Notes: generated by a model not told the origin, from the letters alone. Shown: positions 22,909-35,126, counted from the stretch's first letter. The stretch: DNA of 64,000 nt from Cyanophyceae cyanobacterium (GCA_038321985.1 JBBQFN010000004.1:96001-160000), one strand, 5' to 3'. A program made the numbers and translations.

Positions 22909-23517
22909 GCTGTTGTCTCCACCTCTCGTGTTTTACTGCTTGGATTAACAATAAAGTGATTTCGGGTTGGTTGGCTATTTGGAACTTTTTACAAGAAGCG
23001 ATCGCCACGGCCAGTGGCGACAGAACAGTTAACCCTGAGTTGCAATACCCAGGATCTTGCTTTCTGACTTTATTCTATCTTGCGTCAGCATTGTAGGGGT
23101 TTTGGCCTAGCTAAGGGCTACTCTACTATCCAATTGCTTAGGAGAATAACCTAAAACCGTCCCCTGACCGAGAGGGTGGGGTTGTTTGTAGTCGGTTTTC
23201 TGGGGGTAAACTAAAGATCGAGGAGTTGGGTCAATCGCCTCGGTGGAGGAGGTTGACACGAAAGCAAATACTTAGAGGTGTGAGGGGCGAAACTTGCCGA
23301 TTCCCCTGATCTTTGGTTGAGTCAGCAGATATTAAGCGCTTTTTACCCGTTCTGGGTTCAGAACTCTCCCTACTCTATTTTCCAAGTCAGGAGAATGGAG
23401 ACGGGAAGCAGGTTTGTCTGTGGGTTTAAAGAGGGCGATCGGCGGATTCACCGGAGGATAACAGGGCCACGGTAAGTCAGGAATCGACGTTAACGCATTG
23501 TTCCTAGGAGTTGGAAA

Positions 23518-23781
23518 ATGTCGTCGTTTGGATCTTTTCGCCTAAAAGCCCGGCCCGAACATATTCGGGCTGTAATCGAATCCTTGAAAAAACAAGATGC
23601 AGTCGCCCCCCAAGACCTTGCTAAAGTTTCGGGCTTGACTTTGACTCAAGTTAAATGTGTGCTCAATGAATTAGAAACCCGAGCAAAAATCAAAATTCTC
23701 CGTCGCGATTGTACCCCGCGCGTGCGAGTCACCTTAGTCAAGCGATTAAACTGCACCAGTACGGATTTCAAAATTGGTTAA
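23518..23781 (+). CDS. Small basic winged-helix-like protein
   Basis: AGGAG RBS; HTH-like QDLAKVSGLTLTQVKCVLNELE followed by a beta-wing. Confidence 0.6.
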   Translation: MSSFGSFRLKARPEHIRAVIESLKKQDAVAPQDLAKVSGLTLTQVKCVLNELETRAKIKILRRDCTPRVRVTLVKRLNCTSTDFKIG

Positions 23782-24182
23782 TCTGAGCAGCTAGGGAGGT
23801 CTTGATGTGGGCTTAAAGATTTTTGAACCCTTGGTTATCTAGGAGAATATCGCACAGAATGCGGCGTCGAAGGGACTTTACCTAGCTCGGCGTCGCCTCT
23901 TTTTTATGAAGGGTTTTTAAGGGGGCAGTCGCTTTTTAGGATGACCGACTCCCTTGGGTTATTAAGGTTATAGCATGACGACCTGCAATAACTAATAATT
24001 TCAGATTAATTAACAATTTTTTGGATGCAGTTCCTTCAATATGAGGTATAATCCAAAAAGCATTTACATTAACGGTGTCTTGGTGGTAACTTTTACCATT
24101 CTCAAAATCTAGTCTACTTTTTAAAGAGAAGTTAGAGCTTCCAAAGCTATCCGTTGCAATATTCTTTATTTTTTGCAGAACA

Positions 24183-24998
24183 ATGAATGCGGAATTATTT
24201 ATGAATCTTTCTAAGGTTAAAGCTGGACAGTTTCTTAACAAATTCAAACAAAGTATTCCGTCTTCTTTCAAGCGAAAAGGAAAAGTTACCCAACGATACA
24301 CCGCGGATTTAATCACAGGTAACCTGGGGAAATTTGTCAAATTTTCGCCACTTACACTGGGAGAGGTAGAATTATTTGAATCTCAAATCTCCATCCGTCA
24401 AGTCATCCCCAATAATAGTTACTTAGAAAATAAAAAGCATAATTTAGCAATGGCGATCGCCTGCATCGAAAATATCCCCATCAATCCCGGGAAAATCTTT
24501 TCATTTTGGCATTTAGTCGGAGAGCCCAGCCAACAAAAAGGATACCTAGAAAGTCGGGCGATCGTCAATAATCAACTGAAATATGATTTTGGTGGCGGGT
24601 TATGTCAGCTACCCGGACTCCTATATATTTTAATCCTCAAAGCCGGTTTAAATCCCCTAGAACGATATCCCCATTCCAAAGATATCTACACCGAAGAAAC
24701 CCGCTTCGCCCCCTTGGGTTCCGATGCCACCGTAGTTTATGGATACAAAGACTTTCGATTTCAAAATACCTTATCTGTTCCCTTCTGTTTCCGCTTCACC
24801 CTCCTCGATGAAGCCATTATCGCTGAACTCTGTTCCCCTCAAACCCTGAAAGAATTCAGCCTAGACTTTAAAGTAGAACAACTGCAAGGAGGAATTAAGC
24901 AAGTAGAAACCCTCCGCTATTCTCCAATGACAAACTACCCGGAGAAAATTGAGACGACAATTTATCCCCCCTTGGACCCCGATGCTTCTATTTTATAA
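24183..24998 (+). CDS. VanW family protein
   Basis: I.PG..FSFW.LVG.P....GY, GGGLCQL, ERYPHS, DATVVYGYKDFRFQN motifs. Start uncertain. Confidence 0.85.
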   Translation: MNAELFMNLSKVKAGQFLNKFKQSIPSSFKRKGKVTQRYTADLITGNLGKFVKFSPLTLGEVELFESQISIRQVIPNNSYLENKKHNLAMAIACIENIPINPGKIFSFWHLVGEPSQQKGYLESRAIVNNQLKYDFGGGLCQLPGLLYILILKAGLNPLERYPHSKDIYTEETRFAPLGSDATVVYGYKDFRFQNTLSVPFCFRFTLLDEAIIAELCSPQTLKEFSLDFKVEQLQGGIKQVETLRYSPMTNYPEKIETTIYPPLDPDASIL

Positions 24999-25104
24999 TT
25001 TTTTCTAAAATAACCCGAGGCGAAGGAGATTTTTGCCCGAAGGATGAGATAATTCAGACTAGACCCCTATCAACCCCTATCTGACGTACACCCAGGTTTA
25101 AACT

Positions 25105-27801
25105 ATGTCAACTTCTGCGGAAAAACTTCATGCCTTTATCACCTACTGTCAGCAACATATCAAAGGGGACGAGAAGGGAGAGGCGCAAGTTTTTTTAGAC
25201 CGTTTCTTTCGAGCATTTGGTCATGAAGGTGCGCTAGAAGCAGGTGCGACTTATGAGGAACGAGTTAAAAAAGGCAGTAAAAAAGGGAAAACCGGCTTTG
25301 CGGATTTAGTGTGGAAACCTCGGGTTTTAATTGAAATGAAAAAACGGGGAGAAAAGCTGCATAAACATTATGCTCAAGCGTTCGATTATTGGACAAGATT
25401 AGTTCCCGATCGCCCTCGTTATGTCATTCTCTGCAATTTTGATGAATTCTGGATTTTTGACTTTGATATCCAGCTTGATACTCCCATTGATATTATTACT
25501 TTACTCCAATTACCCGAACGTGCCGGTGCTTTTACGTTCATGGAGTTGGAGAACCGAACCCCGGTTTTTAATAACAATCAAGTTGAAGTAACCGAACGCG
25601 CCGCCCGACGCTTAGGAGAGTTATTTGTAGAACTTAAGAAAACCGGCAATCGTCGCGGATTTAGTGAAGCTGTTGCTCAACGATTTATTCTGCAATGTGT
25701 GTTAGCTATGTTTGCAGAAGATAGGGGATTATTGCCCCGAGATTTATTTATTTCCTGCGTTCAAAACTGTTTAAATGGGGCAAGTTCCTACGATGTTCTG
25801 GGCGGATTGTTTCGAGAAATGAATGCACCGGGAATCACCAGTGCAGGACGATATAAAGGGGTAGATTATTTTAATGGGGGCTTATTTTCAGTGATTCATC
25901 CCATTGAATTAACCCAGGAAGAGTTACAATTTCTCGATGTTTCAGCGAGGGAGGATTGGAGTCAAGTCAGACCCGCAATTTTTGGTAACATCTTCGAGGG
26001 TTCTGTGAATCAAACGGAACGTCATACTTACGGAATTCACTACACCTCAGAAGCGGATATCATGAAAATTGTCCGCCCGACGATTAGTCGCTATTGGGAG
26101 GATAGAATCGAAGCGGCAACAACTATTCCCGAATTGAATGGGTTACAGATGCAATTGCAAAGCTATCGAGTGCTTGACCCCGCTTGTGGTTCGGGTAATT
26201 TCCTTTATATTGCCTATCAAGAATTGAAGCGCATCGAACAGCTATTACTCGAAAAAATAGCGGACCGTCGTAAGTCTCCTCGGGAACAATTGGAAATCGG
26301 TTTTGTGACGCCGCTACAGTTTTATGGCATGGATACTAATCCCTTTGCGGTGGAGTTGGCAAGGGTGACCCTGGCGATCGCCCGCAAGGTTGCGATCGAT
26401 AAGTTTGGCCTGACGGAAGACCCTTTACCCCTAGATACCTTAGATAAAAATATCGTCTGCCAAGATGCTTTATTTGCCGAATGGCCGAAAGTAAACGCTA
26501 TTATTGGAAATCCCCCCTTTTTAGGCGGTAAAAATTTAAGAATCAACTTAGGGGATGACTACATTGATCGCGTCTTTGGTCGCTTTCCAAATGTTAAAGA
26601 TTCGGTTGATTTCTGTGCATATTGGTTCCGGTTATCTCATGACAACCTCAACGATACAGGTCGGGCGGGATTAGTTGGCACTAACTCGGTCAGTCAGGGA
26701 AAAAGCCGCACTGCAACTTTAGAATATATTACCCAAAATGGCGGTTATATTCATGAAGCTGTTTCTTCCCAACCTTGGTCCGGTGAGGCCAAGGTTCATG
26801 TCAGCCTCATTAATTGGATGAAGGAAGAACCTCATCAATATTATTTAGATAATAGTCTCGTTTCTTCCATCAATTCTTCTTTACAATCTACCATTGATGT
26901 ATCTCAAGCAGTCAGACTGAATGCTAATAAAAATCGCTGTTTTCAAGGAGTAATTCCTGTGGGAAAAGGTTTTATTGTCAGTGAACAACAAGTCAAAAAT
27001 TGGATTCAAGCGAATCCAAAAAATAAAGAGGTTCTCAAACTTTTTTCAATGGGCGCAAATTTAGCTAAAAATAGCCACGGTAAACCGGATCGTTGGATTA
27101 TTGATTTTAGTAATATGCCAATTGAAGAGGCAAGCGATTATAATTTACCATTTCAACATATCGAAACTGATGTTAAGCCCGAACGGGAAAAAAATCGAGA
27201 AGCCGTTATGCGGGAAAAATGGTGGAGATTCAAAAGAACTAATGAGGCAATGAGAAAGGAGATCGCCTCTCTTTCTCATTATTTTACTGTTCCCCGAGTA
27301 TCAAAATGGGCCGTATTTATTCCATCTCCGTTAAATTGGCTACCGGGCGATAAATCTGTAGTGGTTGCCTCGGATGATTTTTATGTGTTTGGAATTTTAA
27401 CCTCAATTATCCATCGAACTTGGATGCACGCGCAAAAATCAACCCTAAAATCTGATATCGCCTACACTCACAACACCTGCTTTGAAAGATTCCCCTTTCC
27501 CCAAACACCTGACCCCAAACTGGTTAAATCCATTCGCGACACTGCACAAAAACTTCATGATTATCGCACCCAACAAATGGAATCTAAACAATTTGGAATT
27601 ACTCAACTGTATAATAAATTCTTTCACGAACCCACCAGCCAACTGTTTAAACTACACGCACAACTGGATAACCTAGTGATGGAAGCCTATCGCTTCCAAC
27701 CAACGGATGATATTTTAGAAAAATTGCTAAAATTAAATATAGAATTAGCCGACAAAGAATCCCGAGGTGAGTTTGTTTTAGGACCCCAGGCACCGGATTA
27801 A
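25105..27801 (+). CDS. MmeI-like type IIL/IIG fused restriction endonuclease-adenine methyltransferase
   Basis: N-terminal nuclease motif ADL..K...LIEMKK, FNGGLF, HYTS, motif I VLDPACGSGNF, motif IV IIGNPPFLGG, and a C-terminal target-recognition/helical region (F.FP...LY...L..LH..LD..V..AY). Confidence 0.88.
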   Translation: MSTSAEKLHAFITYCQQHIKGDEKGEAQVFLDRFFRAFGHEGALEAGATYEERVKKGSKKGKTGFADLVWKPRVLIEMKKRGEKLHKHYAQAFDYWTRLVPDRPRYVILCNFDEFWIFDFDIQLDTPIDIITLLQLPERAGAFTFMELENRTPVFNNNQVEVTERAARRLGELFVELKKTGNRRGFSEAVAQRFILQCVLAMFAEDRGLLPRDLFISCVQNCLNGASSYDVLGGLFREMNAPGITSAGRYKGVDYFNGGLFSVIHPIELTQEELQFLDVSAREDWSQVRPAIFGNIFEGSVNQTERHTYGIHYTSEADIMKIVRPTISRYWEDRIEAATTIPELNGLQMQLQSYRVLDPACGSGNFLYIAYQELKRIEQLLLEKIADRRKSPREQLEIGFVTPLQFYGMDTNPFAVELARVTLAIARKVAIDKFGLTEDPLPLDTLDKNIVCQDALFAEWPKVNAIIGNPPFLGGKNLRINLGDDYIDRVFGRFPNVKDSVDFCAYWFRLSHDNLNDTGRAGLVGTNSVSQGKSRTATLEYITQNGGYIHEAVSSQPWSGEAKVHVSLINWMKEEPHQYYLDNSLVSSINSSLQSTIDVSQAVRLNANKNRCFQGVIPVGKGFIVSEQQVKNWIQANPKNKEVLKLFSMGANLAKNSHGKPDRWIIDFSNMPIEEASDYNLPFQHIETDVKPEREKNREAVMREKWWRFKRTNEAMRKEIASLSHYFTVPRVSKWAVFIPSPLNWLPGDKSVVVASDDFYVFGILTSIIHRTWMHAQKSTLKSDIAYTHNTCFERFPFPQTPDPKLVKSIRDTAQKLHDYRTQQMESKQFGITQLYNKFFHEPTSQLFKLHAQLDNLVMEAYRFQPTDDILEKLLKLNIELADKESRGEFVLGPQAPD

Positions 27802-27849
27802 ATAAAACCGAATCATGGTAAACTAGAGAGCCGATCGCCATTCTCAGGT

Positions 27850-29142
27850 ATGAACCCCCAAACTAGACCGATTGCTGTAGATCTATTTGCCGGTGCAGGG
27901 GGGATGACCCTCGGGTTTGAACAGGCGGGCTTTGATGTACTGGCGGCAGTGGAAATTGACCCGATCCACTGCGCTACCCATAAATATAATTTTCCGCAAT
28001 GGAAGGTGTTGTGTACAAGTCTGGTAGAGGCAACTGGGGAAGAGATTAGAAACCAGTCTAAAATCGGCAGCCGCGAGATTGATGTAGTCTGTGGAGGTCC
28101 CCCATGTCAAGGGTTTTCCCTGATGGGTAAACGCGCTTTAGATGACCCGCGCAATTCCCTGGTTTTTCACTTCATCCGCATCGTTACCGAACTCCAACCC
28201 AAGTATTTTGTAATGGAAAATGTTCGGGGATTAACGATCGGTCCACATAAGCAGCTTTTAGAAGAAGTTATTGATAAATTTCACCACTGCGGTTATCAAG
28301 TTCTTACCCCTTATCAAGTGCTTAACTCAGCTTATTATGGCGTTCCCCAAAATCGAGAACGGCTATTTTTAATCGGATGTCGTCAGGAATTCTCTTTACC
28401 TGACTATCCCCACCCGACAACCAACCCTCCCGGATGCAAATTACCACTATCTAATCTTCCTTCAACTCCAACAGTTCGGGAAGCAATTCAAGATTTGCCT
28501 GTGGTGGAAAAGTATCCCGAATTATGCGATCGCGACTGGATTTCTTACGCATACCAACCCACAAGTGATTACGGAACTCAAATGCAGGGAGTCTCCGCAC
28601 CTCCTCACAATTATGCTTATCCCCGTCACTGGGATAGCCGTATTCTCACCGGCAACCATCGCACCCACCACTCCGAGTTATCGATCGCCCGCTTTGCTGC
28701 CGCCCTTCCCGGCAAATCCGAACCCATCAGCCGCTTTCACAAGCTGGATCCTAATGGTTTGTGTAATACTTTAAGAGCAGGAACCCCCAGTAATCGCGGT
28801 GCCTACACTTCCCCTCGTCCCATTCATCCCTTCCAACCCCGTTGTATTACAGTTCGGGAGGCGGCGAGACTGCACTCTTACCCGGATTGGTTTCGCTTCC
28901 ATATCACAAAATGGCACGGGTTCCGCCAAATTGGGAATTCTGTTCCCCCACTTTTAGCCGAAGCCGTTGCCGCAGAGATTATCCGTAGTTTAGGGAGTGT
29001 TGCGATCGCCCCCTCTCAGCCAATATCCCTGGAAAATCCCGAGTTACTAGAACTCACCATGTCTGCTGCCGCAGCAAAGTATCAGGTTGATCCACACACC
29101 ATCGAACCGCGATCGCGCCGAACCCCACAAAGTAGTCAATAG
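27850..29142 (+). CDS. dcm: DNA (cytosine-5) methyltransferase, probably the CGATCG (HIP1 core)-specific M.Ssp6803I/DmtC type
   Basis: Motifs DLFAGAGG, GGPPCQGFS, ENV, PQNRER, QIGNSVPP. The variable region EPISRF.KL.P.GL.NTLRAGTPSN.GA.T.PRPIH matches M.Ssp6803I as recalled. Confidence 0.88.
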   Translation: MNPQTRPIAVDLFAGAGGMTLGFEQAGFDVLAAVEIDPIHCATHKYNFPQWKVLCTSLVEATGEEIRNQSKIGSREIDVVCGGPPCQGFSLMGKRALDDPRNSLVFHFIRIVTELQPKYFVMENVRGLTIGPHKQLLEEVIDKFHHCGYQVLTPYQVLNSAYYGVPQNRERLFLIGCRQEFSLPDYPHPTTNPPGCKLPLSNLPSTPTVREAIQDLPVVEKYPELCDRDWISYAYQPTSDYGTQMQGVSAPPHNYAYPRHWDSRILTGNHRTHHSELSIARFAAALPGKSEPISRFHKLDPNGLCNTLRAGTPSNRGAYTSPRPIHPFQPRCITVREAARLHSYPDWFRFHITKWHGFRQIGNSVPPLLAEAVAAEIIRSLGSVAIAPSQPISLENPELLELTMSAAAAKYQVDPHTIEPRSRRTPQSSQ

Positions 29143-29387
29143 ATACCTTAATAGCTTCACTCTCGAAACCCACTCCCTTCGTTTACCCTGAAAAGCTACT
29201 CCGAGAATGTAATGATTTCAAGTCCAGTTAATCAGTCCTAAAAAAGCATCTTCTGAACAAAGCATAGATTCCCAAGGCAAGCGGGATATCACCAAACTTG
29301 GAAATTATAGAGTCCTTCTGGACTGCTTTCTATACAAATCCCTACAGTGTGTTTCTCTGAAAATACGGAGGCGATCCATCTGATATA

Positions 29388-29494
29388 TATAACGTTTCTT
29401 AAGCTATTGAGGTTCGGTTTTGGGGTCAAAGTCCCCCTTTTGAAGGGGGATTTAGGGGGATCGTCCGGATTTCACGAGACCAAAAACCGCTATA
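29388..29494. mobile_element. 107-bp MITE-like element A2 (inverted copy of A1)
   Basis: Reverse complement of 18999-19105 with 3 mismatches; TA-flanked. Confidence 0.75.
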
Positions 29495-29646
29495 TAACCG
29501 TCCCCGATCGAGAAGTTCCTACATTTAGGGCTATATTCCTTTTGATTAGGGGAAACCGCGCAGAAAACAGAATCCTGCCCTCGCTTGTTCGAGGGCATCA
29601 GTTTATTGAGGGTTACTCTACACCCTGACGCCACCCTATGATAGGA

Positions 29647-30009
29647 TCAGCGCAGAAGTTGTTTGATGGTCTGAATCAGTTCCGCTGGACGAAATGGTTT
29701 CGTGATGTAGGCATCCGCTCCTTGTTTCATACCCCAATACCGATCAAATTCTTGACTTTTGCTGGTACACATGATCACGGGAATATTCTGGGCTTTCGGA
29801 TCATTTTTTAACCATCGACAAAGTTCGTAGCCGTTCATTCTGGGCATGACAATATCGGTGACGACTAAATCCGGAGCCTTGGCTTGAATTTGTTCTTTGG
29901 CTTCTACTCCATCGGATGCTTCAATCACTTCTAAACCGCTTTTTTTCAAAATGTCCGATACCATTTCTCGGACCGTGCCGCTATCATCCACAATTAGAAT
30001 TATACTCAT
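29647..30009 (-). CDS. Single-domain CheY/PilH-like response regulator
   Basis: ILIVDDS, DLVVTDIVMP, FDRYWGMKQGADAYITKPF. Confidence 0.9.
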   Translation of the reverse strand: MSIILIVDDSGTVREMVSDILKKSGLEVIEASDGVEAKEQIQAKAPDLVVTDIVMPRMNGYELCRWLKNDPKAQNIPVIMCTSKSQEFDRYWGMKQGADAYITKPFRPAELIQTIKQLLR

Positions 30010-31168
30010 CGCTCCCTCCGTAATTTTTGGTTCTAAAGGTTTGGCGTATAATTCATCTTTCTTTTAATGCCAAAATTCCTTTGGCAAGGTGAGTGAATTA
30101 TTAAGAGTAAACCCATAAAACTTAACAAGTTGATAATAATGGTTATTCTCTAGGGTCATAGATGGTCTGTCCTTAGATTGTCCTGATCGCTACTCCTTAT
30201 TTATATGATGACTGTGATCTGTATTTATATGGCTGTGATCGGTTCAAACCCGCTCGGTCTAGTTACGGGATGCACCACTTCGTGACCTCTTGATCTGAAA
30301 TGGAACTCCCCCGGGGAAGGGTATCCCTTTGCCCAAGGTTACTGGTATTGGATCAGCCTTGGTTCGGCCAGGGTGCGGTTTGACAACTGGACTAGAGGGT
30401 GAGCGAGACCGTTACCGTAGGAATCGATCGCCTAGAACGGGTATGAGCAACCCTCCGTCTTTTTGCGATCGCTTCCTTAGATCAGGGTTCGTTAAAACCC
30501 AAAGGATCTCTATCATCGCACGGGCCAACCTCTGTGCGATCGCCAAATTCTGTTGAACAGACAGTCAAGACTAATGTCCCCCGGGGCTCATTGAATTGGG
30601 CCGGAAAATTTCTAAACCGCTTCAACCTGACTTGACTAGACCAATCTGCCGGATCAAGCGGGTCACACGGGTGGCCGATCCAAGCAGACTACCCAATCAA
30701 CCGCAGATTATATCATTGAATTTAGGGCCATCGACTAGAGGGCCGGGGGGATTTTCCTTGATCACAAGGGATTTAAAAGGGGACAGATCACCCTAATTCA
30801 AGGTTCTCCCCCTGTGACTAATGTAAAGTTGGGATGAGTTGAGTTGCAGGGGCTGGAAGGGTGAACCCCTAGGGCCGGGGGAATTTTACATCGCAATTTA
30901 GCAAACTACGATTGTCAAACTGTGATTTGACTCAGAAAAAGCCGAGGTTGCCCTCTGGGGAAAAGTGTAGATACTCAATTGTTAAGAAGTTATCCGTGTT
31001 GCCCGAGGAGATCACAGAATGAGATCGGCGATCGCCAACGGGTCTGTACAATGTTATTTTGCAAAAAGGACGTTAAAAAGGAAAATGTAACAGTTTGCAA
31101 AGGTATAATGAGAGGCATCTCAAAAAACTTAACACTATCTTAAAGAATCTCAACAAGGGGATGATTAA

Positions 31169-32554
<1,386 letters not shown>

Positions 32555-32654
32555 TAATTTTAGAATTTAGATATTAGTAGTGGCCTACAACTCAAAATCC
32601 CTGAATTCCCAACCCAGAATTCTGGCATCTAAAGACGCTCCCTGCTTGCAACCA

Positions 32655-33587
32655 ATGCTGCAACTGTCCGAACAACCACGCATGAAAACGCTGGCTTCCT
32701 TAGACGACGCTTATGAGCTCTGTCGCCAAATCACAGCGAAATATGCCCGCACTTTTTACCTGGGTACGCTGTTGATGCCAGAAGCGAAACGGCGGGCTAT
32801 TTGGGCGATATACGCTTGGTGCCGTCGCACAGATGAACTGGTGGATGGACCTGGGGCGCGGTTCACCACCCCAGAAACCTTAGATCTGTGGGAGGGTTAC
32901 CTCGAATCGATTTTTGCAGGCACTCCCATTGAAGATTCTGATGTGGCAATGGTGGATACGGTGAAACGCTTTTCCCTGGATATCCAGCCCTTTCGGGATA
33001 TGATTTCGGGGCAACGCATGGATCTGGAGCGCTGCCGCTATCAAACCTTTGAGGAACTTGAGCTGTACTGCTACCGAGTGGCAGGCACTGTGGGCTTAAT
33101 GTCGTTACCTGTCATGGGAATCGCGCCTGTGGTCCGCTCATCCCCTTGGGAACGAGAGAATTCCGAACCTTCGGACCCCTCATCTGAGGCCGTTGCCCTG
33201 GGTATTGCTAATCAGCTCACCAATATTCTGCGGGATGTCGGCGAAGATGCTCGGCGAGGTCGGATTTATCTGCCCCTGGAGGAACTGGCTTTATTTGACT
33301 ACACCGAAGAGGACCTCTTGAACGGGGTAGTTGATGAGCGCTGGCAGGAACTGATGCGCTTCCAAATTCAACGCGCTCGTAAGTTCTATGTCACCGCAGA
33401 AAAGGGTATTCTCGCCCTGAATCCAGATGCTCGGTGGCCCGTTTGGTCCGCCAGTATGCTTTATAGCCAAATTCTTGATGTAATCGAGCGCAATGAATAC
33501 GATGTATTTAGTCAGCGTGCGGTTGTTCCGCGTTTTCGGAAGATGCTGTCTTTGCCGCTAGCATGGCTGAGGGCGCAAGCGTTATAA
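32655..33587 (+). CDS. crtB: Phytoene synthase
   Basis: TFYLGTLLM, CRRTDELVD, YCYRVAGTVGLM, NQLTNILRDVGED. ATG at 32655 (MLQL) preferred over GTG at 32580. Confidence 0.95.
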   Translation: MLQLSEQPRMKTLASLDDAYELCRQITAKYARTFYLGTLLMPEAKRRAIWAIYAWCRRTDELVDGPGARFTTPETLDLWEGYLESIFAGTPIEDSDVAMVDTVKRFSLDIQPFRDMISGQRMDLERCRYQTFEELELYCYRVAGTVGLMSLPVMGIAPVVRSSPWERENSEPSDPSSEAVALGIANQLTNILRDVGEDARRGRIYLPLEELALFDYTEEDLLNGVVDERWQELMRFQIQRARKFYVTAEKGILALNPDARWPVWSASMLYSQILDVIERNEYDVFSQRAVVPRFRKMLSLPLAWLRAQAL

Positions 33588-33656
33588 GTGAACCCGGTTT
33601 AGAGACTCTCGGCGATCGCATTCAGAAGCGACCCCAACCCAGGGATCAATTGAACA

Positions 33657-33700
33657 CAAAAAAGGGAAGTTTAGCTGCTTAGGCCAAACTTCCCTTTTTG
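33657..33700 (+). terminator. Terminator after pds-crtB
   Basis: AAAAAGGGAAGTTT...AAACTTCCCTTTTT. Confidence 0.7.
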
Positions 33701-34058
33701 TTGCAACATTCTCTGAAGACAAAAAATAGTGACGCTTGTTTCCGACATAGCCCGGTTGTGGTCACAAGGGAAACCCAGGCTTTTGGGTCTTAATTTACCT
33801 CTTTCGGAAGATGACAAAGGCGGAAAAATCTGTTGATATCAGTACAATAGCAACCCAAAATATTTTTATATGAGCTATTAGCAATTCTCTCTCGTTCGTG
33901 GGGTGCGATCGGGTTAATTGCTGCGCCTGAGGCGATGCTTTAAAGATTAGCCTAAACCCAGCAAGTGATCCAAGTTACCGACTTTTCGGGCGGATAGGCT
34001 ATATCATAGATTACAGGAAATTTATATTTCTTAACAAATATTAAAGATATAAAAAAGT

Positions 34059-35126
34059 ATGGCCTCTATGACTCTCTTAAGCGAGCTGCCCAAACTGGTA
34101 ATTCAGCCCAATGATCCGGACACGCAGACTTGTCTTGCTAAGCTGGGATTTCAACCCGTGCCCACGGTCCCCGTACTTCTGTATCGGATCGTCACCAAAA
34201 GCCAACTGAAGGAGACATTCTGGCAGTTGAGCAACCTACTGGGAGAGACCGCTCAAGCCGCTTCTCGCTTCTATGTGACTCAGTTATCCTTGGATTCGCC
34301 GGATCTGCTGTTGAACTTTCTCAAAGCGCAGCCTCTGGTATCAATCACCAATTCGATCAAATATGCTTGGTTTTTGCGACTCCTGGCCCAAAAAGAGCTG
34401 TTTTTTAAATATCAACCTATTTTTTCCCTGAAATCCGGGGAGATTTCCGCTTATGAATGTCTTGCTCGTGCCTTTGGCGATCGCGGAGAGTGCTACAGTG
34501 GCGGCAACTTAATTGAGGCGGCAATTTCCACCGAGTTATCCCAGGAATTTGACGAACTGGCCCGGACAACTTGTATCGACTCCATTGCCAAGTTTCCTAC
34601 GGATTGCCGCTTTTTTGTAAACATTTTACCGAATGCTATCATTCATAATCCTGAATCAGTGGAACAGAATTTACAACAAATTCTAGACTTAGGCTTGCGC
34701 CCGGAACAAATCGTTTTTGAGTTAACTGAAGTGGAAGTTTTAGCGCAAAGCGACAAACTCCCACAGCTTATCGAAAAGATTCGGACCTGGGGATTTGGAA
34801 TTGCCGTTGATGATTTGTGTGGTTGTGTCTCTGTGGATCACTATGCAATGGAATTGAGGCCGGATATTGTCAAATTAGACCGCCGCTTGATCCACGGCTG
34901 TAGCCAGTTCACCCTCAAACAGACTTTAATCAAGAGTTTGCTAGAGTCGGCTCACTCGGAGGGAATTCTGGTTTTAGCAGAAGGCTTAGAAACGAGCCAA
35001 GATATCCAATTTTGCCAGGATTTAGGGGTAGATTTTGGCCAAGGATTTGGTTTAGCTCGTCCAGAGGCTTACCTCCAGCAACAGCCGTTTGAGCCGTTTG
35101 ATTTAGGGATGTCTAAAGCCTCTTAG
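34059..35126 (+). CDS. EAL-domain protein (c-di-GMP phosphodiesterase family)
   Basis: YQPI, YECLAR, FVNI, VFELTE, AVDD, VKLD, LAEGLE, GQGF motifs. Confidence 0.85.
   Translation: MASMTLLSELPKLVIQPNDPDTQTCLAKLGFQPVPTVPVLLYRIVTKSQLKETFWQLSNLLGETAQAASRFYVTQLSLDSPDLLLNFLKAQPLVSITNSIKYAWFLRLLAQKELFFKYQPIFSLKSGEISAYECLARAFGDRGECYSGGNLIEAAISTELSQEFDELARTTCIDSIAKFPTDCRFFVNILPNAIIHNPESVEQNLQQILDLGLRPEQIVFELTEVEVLAQSDKLPQLIEKIRTWGFGIAVDDLCGCVSVDHYAMELRPDIVKLDRRLIHGCSQFTLKQTLIKSLLESAHSEGILVLAEGLETSQDIQFCQDLGVDFGQGFGLARPEAYLQQQPFEPFDLGMSKAS

Noticed and set aside
33945..33985. GCCTAAACC...GTTACCGA upstream of the EAL gene, resembling the 3' half of a c-di-GMP-I riboswitch
   Set aside because: The conserved 5' half (GGCAAA, GAAA loop, GACGCAAAG) is absent.
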